Positions 54,551-64,000 of a stretch of 64,000 nucleotides of DNA are shown here, piece after piece. This DNA comes from the human T2T-CHM13v2.0 reference genome, Homo sapiens. The stretch is from assembly GCF_009914755.1 (NCBI RefSeq), contig NC_060941.1; one strand, 5' to 3'. A program made the position numbers and the translations under genes. How positions within the stretch are numbered: position 1 is the first letter of the stretch; the number at the start of each line of letters is the position of its first letter. The notes beneath the pieces were generated by a model. It was given only the letters and a program-made list of their open reading frames with translations, had not been told where the DNA came from and did no database searches.

Positions 54551-55270
54551 TGTTGGAGGGAGCCAGAGAGTCTGCTAGCAAGTTGGAAGTTAGCTTTGAG
54601 GATGCCCTTTCTGGTATTGCGTTAGAAAGGAGGAGAAGAAAGTCGCATGTTTTTAATTCAGGTTGCCCTTCAAAACTAAGTTGGAGACTGATGGAAGGAT
54701 TTTCTGGTGCTGTTTAAGTCTCTTGAAGTCTCAAGACACTTGTTCAGTGGCTGACGACTGAGACTCCTGTTCTGTAAGCTGATGTTCAGAGTCTAGCTGG
54801 GAGTAATCCCGCTTTAGACTTGAGTCGGAAGTGTGAGAAAGGGATAATAAGGAGGGATAAATGCGAGTGCTGAACCGTATCTTAGGAAGATCAGTTGAAG
54901 AAACTCGGGACTGTTTAGCCAGAATAAGCAAAGAAAACTCCCCAAAGAATGGGACAGAGTGAGGGGAGAACGTGATGACTGATTTAAGATATTGGAGCGA
55001 CTGTCACACATTGAAGAGGAATTCAACTAGTTTGATAGGATCCAAGTCATAGAAATAGATCCCACTAGTAGATGCCAGGAGTCAACTTTCTGTTTAGAAA
55101 CAGCAGTAAGACAGTGTTCTACTTTGGGAGAGAGTGAATTTCCTATTCCTGGAAGTTGGTGGGGATTTCGTAAAGGACGTTCAACTATGAGATAAATGGG
55201 TCGACCAGGGTTCCCGTTAAAGTTTCTGCTAACCTGGAGATTCTGTTTACTTTTCCCTCTCCCCCGACAG

Positions 55271-55462
55271 CCACTGCTGCCAGGGTGATTGACAGGTTTG
55301 ATGAAGGGGAAGATGGGGAAGGTGATTTCCTAGTAGTGGGTAGCATTAGAAAACTGGCATCAGCCTCCCTCTTGGACACGGACAAAAGGTATTGCGGCAA
55401 AACCACCTCTAGAAAAGCATGGAATGAAGACCATTGGGAGCAGACTCTGCCAGGATCGTCTG
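55271..55462 (+). CDS. AATF: AATF coding exon 2
   Basis: acceptor cgacag|CC; (A)[50 protein letters not shown]...; donor G|GTGAGT; 192 nt. Confidence 0.96.
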
Positions 55463-55565
55463 GTGAGTAGACATTTTTGAATGGAACTCTTCTCTTCCCT
55501 AATTTTTTCAGGGTTAAAATCCTCCGGTCATCCCCCATGATCTTTGCAAGAGTAGTCTGCGGATC

Positions 55566-55768
<203 letters not shown>

Positions 55769-57942
55769 ACCCCTATCTGTTATCTTAGGAGAGACCATTG
55801 ATTTGGTATTAGAAAGGGTCTTAGAGGTTACTTCATTTCACTTCATAAGGAATCTAAAGCCCAGAGTGATTAAGTTGCTATACTCCTTATGTTCGGACTA
55901 ATGGCTCACCCTACAGTGGAGTGACAGAGAAGGCAGTGCATTTTGGCTACTGGAGAGGGTTATGAGCTGAAAAACCACTGTGTCTGATGAACATGTTATC
56001 CTTGAATTGTGACCCCTGACCTTTGGTTTTCCAGGACTTGCATTGAAGCACTGTGTGATATTAGTTATTTGTGAAACTCATTTTTTGCCATTCTAAAAAA
56101 TCACATAATCCTTCTCTTCCCTGCAAAAGAGTTAGGAGTCTGTGCGCTTATAGTTTTAAAGAATTGTAAATTTCTCAGAGTGGAAGAAGGGGCTAGATAT
56201 GGTGATTATTGGGAGAATGTCATTTGTTTTCCTTTAGAAAGGTCAGGGGTGTCATGTTGAGAATCCACAGATAATATAAAAGGAACTATCATTTAGGTTA
56301 TGATATCTATGATTTAGTCCTTGATGTAGTTCTGGGAGCTCCTGATAAGCTCATTTCATATTCTTTGCCTAGAGACTGATAAAGGGACCAATCATGAGAC
56401 AAATATGATAATATTTATTGAGTTCTTACCATGCGTCAGGCACTGAGTTTAGCTCTATAATTTAAGTTCTAAGAGCCTGGGACACAGTAAGTCCTCAAAA
56501 AAAAAATTATAAAATTACCTGGAATTAGACAGATTTTTATAAAAAATTATCACCATTATCACTACATGTGTCACCTAATTTAATCCTCCCAATTGCGCAG
56601 GAAGTTATTACTACTTAGCCCCATTTTACAGATAAGGAAATCGAGGGGCAAATTGGTTACATAAGTTTGCTCAAGGTCATATAGTTAGTAAGTGGAAGAA
56701 ACATGATTCAAATGTAGGCTGTCTGACTCCAAGATGTACACTCTAGTAAACTCTGTATGAATGTTTCTTAATCTGAGAAATGGCGTACATTCAAAGAATT
56801 TAAATAATAATTTCTGTTTACTGTTTTGGCACTTAGTTTTTGTATTTATATTTTTGGCAGCTTTGTGTCTTAAGTTTATATATACCTTTTTAAAGAAGCG
56901 CTGAAGACCTGTCACGCTTTCCTAAAATCTTTATTTTATTGAAGAAAGTTTTTGGAAACTGGTCCCTCTATCTTAGAATCATACTTGAAACACATGGGGC
57001 TTTTATGTTCTACCATGGAACAGATTGGATAAACTGTAAAAACCTCTACATATCAGATGATACTCTAAGCATAAGTCAAACAAAGAGCCTTAACTAGCAC
57101 TCTGTCTACTATAGGATCAAGTTCAGAGTCCTCATGAAAGACGAGACCTTTCCTGATTAGTCTCATCTCCCATCACTTCCTTGTGCATCCTGCACTCCAG
57201 TGCGTTTTCCCTTCATTATCTATGAGCTGTTGCCTTATGCTTCATAAGTAAAATTATAATGTCTCCTTCTCCACATGATACCATCCCCCACCTTTCCAGG
57301 AGAGTTAGGTGGTTCCATCTCCATACACTGTGTACTAATGACCTTGTAATATAATTATTGGCATGCATATCTACCACTCCCACCAGACCATGAACTCCTC
57401 CCAGCAAGTATTAAATTCTATTTGCCTTTCCTTAGCCCCTGGCTCATAATGAGTGCTTAATAAGTATTTAGTAAATAGGGCAGACGGATGTGATAGATTG
57501 TACATTTTTTCAGATCAGGTTTGGGAAAACTGGTAATTCTCTAACACCAGTTGAAATCTTACTGTTCTTCAAGGGCCAGAGCAAATGCTAGCTCTTCCTT
57601 AGAGATTAGCTTAAATTCACTTGCCCCACAGTTAAAATTTCTCACTCTTCTGGGTTATTGAAATTTTGTCAAAGCACTTCTGATGCTTCCTTGAGTTGTA
57701 ATGTTGTGAGTCTGTCTTTCCCACTAGCTCCTTTTGTTAGGGTAGGACCCGTGTTCTATTCATCTTTGCTTCTCCCTTAGCATTTTGGAGATTGTAGATG
57801 TGTAATAAATATATTGTTGAATTGAGTGCAGTAAGAGATTTTCCCCCTGATGCCACAGTGCTTAAGTTGAAATGAAGTCTATGGCTTGGTATTTTCTCCA
57901 GGTAATACCCATTTTTCTCTTTCTTCCCTCTCTTCTTTGTAG

Positions 57943-58353
57943 ATGAGGAAATATCTGATGAGGAAGGGTCTGGAGATGAAGATTCAGAGGGACTGGGTCT
58001 GGAGGAATATGATGAGGACGACCTGGGTGCTGCTGAGGAACAGGAGTGTGGTGATCACAGGGAGAGCAAGAAGAGCAGAAGCCACTCTGCAAAAACACCG
58101 GGCTTCAGTGTCCAGAGTATCAGTGACTTTGAGAAATTTACCAAGGGAATGGATGACCTTGGGAGCAGTGAGGAGGAGGAAGACGAAGAGAGTGGCATGG
58201 AAGAAGGGGATGACGCGGAAGACTCCCAAGGCGAGAGTGAGGAAGACAGGGCTGGAGATAGAAACAGTGAGGATGATGGTGTGGTGATGACCTTCTCTAG
58301 TGTCAAAGTTTCTGAGGAAGTGGAGAAAGGAAGAGCCGTGAAGAACCAGATAG
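57943..58353 (+). CDS. AATF: AATF coding exon 3 (acidic region)
   Basis: long pyrimidine tract then tag|AT; (D)[16 protein letters not shown]...[13 protein letters not shown]; donor G|GTTTGT; 411 nt. Confidence 0.96.
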
Positions 58354-58826
58354 GTTTGTACATGGTTTTGCTGATTGCCTGTTTTTCAAAGTATCTGCAT
58401 TTGGTCTACTTTTCATTTGTTTGTTTTTGGCTATTCTCTATCTCCTGTGTCCTTTCAATTAGTTTGTGACATGCCCCACTTACCCAGAAGCCTAAAGCCC
58501 TATTCCTGTATGCTTAGCCAGCCATTTCTGCACTGATCTGCTTAGCTGGTTCTGCTCTAGTACTTCCTGCAACTGGGGAAGATTGAAGAGAAGAGTGTTT
58601 TCTCCTCTCCTTGGGTTTTAGCATTCCCACTCTGCTGTAGCAAATACTTGCTTCATGGATACTGAATTTATTTTCTCTAATAGAGAATATTTGTTTCCAT
58701 GGCATTAAACTGCTAAAGCTGTGGTGCTTAGAGACTGGTGTGGTTTCCTGTTCTTCCCCACCCCTGCCACCTCACCCCCAGAATATTTTATTATTGAGGA
58801 ATGGGATTCTCTTTTCTTCTTTTCAG

Positions 58827-58964
58827 CACTGTGGGACCAGCTCTTGGAAGGAAGGATCAAACTACAAAAAGCTCTGTTGACCACCAACCAGCTTCCTCAA
58901 CCAGATGTTTTCCCATTGTTCAAGGACAAAGGTGGCCCAGAATTTTCCAGTGCCCTGAAAAATA
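58827..58964 (+). CDS. AATF: AATF coding exon 4 (gene continues beyond the window)
   Basis: acceptor tttcag|CA; (A)[45 protein letters not shown]; donor A|GTAAGA; 138 nt. Confidence 0.96.
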
Positions 58965-59121
58965 GTAAGAATACTTATGTCCTGTTGGAATACTTAGAAC
59001 CACTTTGTCAAATGAAGACAGCTTTGATTGAAGTGGACTGGGAGCTTGAGCCATGTTTATTGTGCTTTCTTCTCATCTGCCCTTGCTCTCCCCTCCCCAT
59101 CCCCCTTGGCTTTCCAAGTTG

Positions 59122-59437
59122 CTTTTTTTTTTTTTTTTTTTTGAGACAGAGTCTCGCTCTGTTGCTGAGTCTCAAGTACAGTGGCGCGATCACAGGTTAC
59201 TGCAGCCTCGTCCTCCTGGGCTCAAGCAATCCTCCCACCTCAGTGATCCTCCCACCTTAGCCTTCCGAGTAGCAGGGACCACAAGCGTGCACCACCCTGC
59301 CTGTAGAGAGGGATATTTTGTAGAGACAGGGTCTCACTGTGTTGTCCAGGCTGGTCTCAAACTCCTGGCCTCAAGCAATCCTCCCACCTTTGCTTCCCAA
59401 AGTGCTAGGATTACAGATGTGACCTACTGAGCCTGGC
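59122..59437 (-). mobile_element. AluJ-like in AATF intron 4
   Basis: antisense Alu. Confidence 0.92.
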
Positions 59438-60826
59438 CCTGAGTTAATTCTTTAAAGCTCAGGGGACACTGGTTGAAAACCCACTGATGTAGAAAGGGAG
59501 AAAAAGAATGTCTAATTCAGCTCATTAAACTTGGTTGTATCATGTGTTTAAAAGATGCTTCCTATGTTTGAGAGGTTTTTAGAACAATGTGCTAAGATGA
59601 TCTTATTTATATCTTTCTTTGAGTGACATAGAGTGAGGAAAGATGATATGCCGAGGGAGAAACACATTTTAGAGGAGAATTACTGAGCTATAAAGAATTC
59701 TAGAAGAGGAAAAGGAATTGAGAGACTATTTGGTTCCCAATGTCTTCATTTTACACATGAGAGAATTAAGACCCAGAATGACTTGCCCAAAGTTGCAGAG
59801 CTTATTTGTGTATGGCGGAGATGAGGCTCCAACTTTTCTACCTTATGATGTAGGAATCTTCCCTCTGCACCACACTGCCTCCTGTGTGCTGCTTGCCTGT
59901 GTGCCCAGTGGCACTGAAGGACTGGGGCAGAGGGAGATTTAGGGTGAGTGTGCTGTGTTTGGGATCTGTATATATCTATATCTAGATATTCAGAGTCCTC
60001 ATGAAAGAGATATCTATATCCATAGATATAGATATATATGTATAGATTATGTATCTATCTCTCTATATATATATTTGGGAGGCCTTGGCCTCCCAAAGTG
60101 TTGGGATTACAGGCATGAGCCTCTGCGCTCAGCTGAGATCAATATGTCTTACTTGCATGCTGAGACTTCATGTTTTCATTTGCTCTTTAAAACTTATTTT
60201 TTTAGTATCATGGAGTTAGAGTTGGAAGGGACCTGAGGAGGATATCTAATTTGGCATCTGCCTGTAGGTAGAGCCGCCTTAAGACATTCAAGATCAATGT
60301 GTAGGATTTCCCAGGTAGGGAGTTCAGTGAACGTTTCTTGTAGGTGAATACCTGATGTAATTAGGAATGGCTTCCTAGAGTCCAGTTTTTGGGTTTTGTG
60401 TCCCGCCACACTTAAAGTCTGCTTCTTCCCCTGTGGGAAGTCTGGGCAGTCCTTCCCAGGAGCCTTACGTGGCCTGTGTGGGTGAGGTGGGCCATTTATA
60501 TCCCCGCCCCTGTCTTTGCCTCCTTTCTCTCTCAAATAGATGACAGATTGATGGTTTTCAAGTTTTTTGAGATTTTTGGAGCACTTCTCTGCTATTTTTA
60601 GTGTCCTAGTACCCTAATTCCTGGTATGCCTTTGGAATGAGACCTAGACTGCTCTAGATTAAATGTTTTAAATGTTTCACGATAAGGCCTGTTTTCATTT
60701 TGTTACTCATTATTCTTTTTGCTTGAGCCTTTTTCATTTTAAAAAATTCATATTTAAATATAGATATTTTAGGGGTTAGTCAGTGTCCAGTATAATGGAC
60801 ACATATTCTTGGATACGATTTAATTT

Positions 60827-61115
60827 CTTTTTGTTATGAGACAGGGTCTTGCTCTGTTGCCCAGGCTGGAGTGCAGTAGCGTGATCATAGCTCGTTGCAG
60901 CTTCGAACTCTTGGGTTCAAGTGATCTTCCCGCCTCAGCCTCCTGAGTAGCTGGTACTACAGGCATGAGCCACCATGCCCGACTAATTTTTTCTTTTTTT
61001 GTGGAAATAGGGTCTCACTATGTTGACCAGGCTGGTCTCAAAACTCCTGGTTTCAAATGATCCTTCCGTGTCAGCCTCCCCAAAATGCTGGGATTACAGG
61101 TGTGAGCCACCATAC
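60827..61115 (-). mobile_element. AluJ-like
   Basis: antisense Alu. Confidence 0.92.
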
Positions 61116-61338
61116 TCAACTCATTTAGTGTCTTTAATCACTGCAGTGTTATTTAACTTTTATTTTGTTCTGATCTTTTTACTCTTTTTTGTACTTAACC
61201 AATTGCCTTTACCTCATTGATGAACCTCAATTAATCTGACAGCATCTATTAATCTGACAGGGTGGGTTGTGGTGGAGGAGGGAGAAGAAAGGAAGTTTGG
61301 TATCACATATTCTAAGGTGGGAGGGTAGGGAGTTTTCA

Positions 61339-62060
<722 letters not shown>

Positions 62061-63109
62061 AAATTCTTGAGCACATTACTCTGGATGACCAATTTATTAC
62101 TGTGCTGTATAGCTGGTGTGGAACATAGGCTGAATTTGTACCAACCCCAGAACAACCACTGGAACTTACTGTCTTTAATTAAATCTCTTTTCAATTTGCT
62201 TGGTCTTACAGAGTAGTTAAAGTCAGACCGGCTTGGTTTAGATTTCATCTCAGCAATGGATTAGCCATGTGACCTTGGGCAAGTTACTTAACTTCACAGT
62301 AAAATGGGGATAATATGGTTGTGAGGATTAAAGGACATAATCAATAGAAAGCATTAGCACAGTGTCTGGCACACATCTCACCATGAATGTTAGGTACTAA
62401 TATTATCTTTTTCTGCTCAAAGAGGCATTTGGCAGTGTTCGACCATGTGAGCAATCACTCAATAGTTATCAGTGTAACTGAGCCTCACTAGTCTTCAGTG
62501 TTTTTTACTTTTTTATTAGTATTTGGATTCTTTATATAATTTAAATTAACTAATTGTTCTGGAAAGTGTTATAGTTTACTAATACTTACAATGCAGTGTT
62601 GGCCTCTTACGACGCTATGGAAAGATGGCTACAGATTTCCTTATTGCTATACCCAGCTACTACCTCCTTGAAGCGTTTAACTTTTCCTTGAAATACTTTT
62701 CTTTGGCTTGGTGACACTACCTGTGCTGTTTGGGTTCTCCTACCTTTCTGATCTCTTCTCTGGTTCCTTTTGTATCCTCTCAATGTAAATTTCATTCCGT
62801 TTAGAATCCTGTCCTCAGGTTGCGTTTTCTCAATATAGTCTCTCCTTGGCACTGTCACTTACTCTGATAACCCTAACTATTGCCTCTAAAATAACAGACT
62901 TCCAGCTGTATTCTAGCTCCAGTAAACTCCTGAGTACCATGCCTTTGTAGCTTCAGCACCCTAAACTCTACTTTTCAGAAACTAAATGAATATCTCCTTC
63001 CTCTCCACACACCACCCCAAACACGTAAACTTAGTCCCCAGTCACCTTGGTGTTACATGTTGGTAATTTAAACTTGAACTGTGGAAGTGATTTCAAAGAC
63101 ATCGTCTGA

Positions 63110-63520
<411 letters not shown>

Positions 63521-63919
63521 CTTCTCTCTTTTAGAATTTCTACTGTATTAGGAAATACATCTTTTATGTTGGTGGCAATGATATGTAAGGAAGAAGGGAA
63601 GTTACTTAAGGAAATCTCACCATGAGTTATTTAAAACTTTTCATTATGGGATATATCAAACTTATATAAAAGTAGAGAAATAGCACAGTGAACCCCCACA
63701 TGCCTTCACCAGCTTAAGCAATAATCAATTCATGGTCAATCTTATTTCATCTGTAGTTGTACCAACTCTGCTCACCTTCTGGATTATTTTGAAGCAAATA
63801 ATACACATTCTCTCATCAGTAAAATTTTCAGCATGTATGTTCAAAAGATAAGGATTTTAAAAAATTATACCATAATCTCATGTAAAAACATTAACAGTAA
63901 TTTCTTAATAAACATAACT

Positions 63920-64000
63920 GGCCTGGTGTGGTGGCTCATGCCTGTAATCCTAGCACTTTGGGAGGCCAAGACAGGTGGATCACCTGAGGTCAGGAGTTCG
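63920..64000 (+). mobile_element. Alu 5' part, cut by the window edge
   Basis: GGCCTGGTGTGGTGGCTCATGCCTGTAATCC. Confidence 0.93.

Noticed and set aside
57900-57907. AG|GTAAT as a recursive splice site
   Set aside because: The residual intron would be 41 nt, below the usual minimum; kept only as a cryptic acceptor

Overview
Primate, almost certainly human, genomic DNA from the 17q12 LHX1-AATF locus. The locus is recognised from the translated exons; no database was searched. The complete 5-exon LHX1 gene (LIM-LIM-homeodomain, 406 aa, + strand, CDS 43252-48185) sits in a large CpG-rich block. It has a probable ~1.4 kb uORF-containing leader and a ~1.5 kb 3'UTR. The first four coding exons of AATF/Che-1 follow on the + strand from 54183. 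The upstream 41 kb has no credible protein-coding gene. It is a mix of Alu, L1, L2, MIR, CR1, LTR and MER repeats with short AT-rich, homeodomain-site-dense islands (candidate enhancers), and is probably traversed by the divergent lncRNA LHX1-DT. I found no evidence of a wholly new gene system. The most interesting signals are: a helically phased, mirror-image homeodomain/E-box array at 18.2 kb; two templated-insertion repair scars (17.4-17.7 kb and 60.0 kb); a stop-free in-frame 93-nt LHX1 intron 2; a potential endless-ORF circRNA from AATF exons 3-4; and a perfect Kozak sequence ahead of an 8-codon ORF at 28.6 kb. Repeat boundaries are approximate and subfamily calls are by eye.
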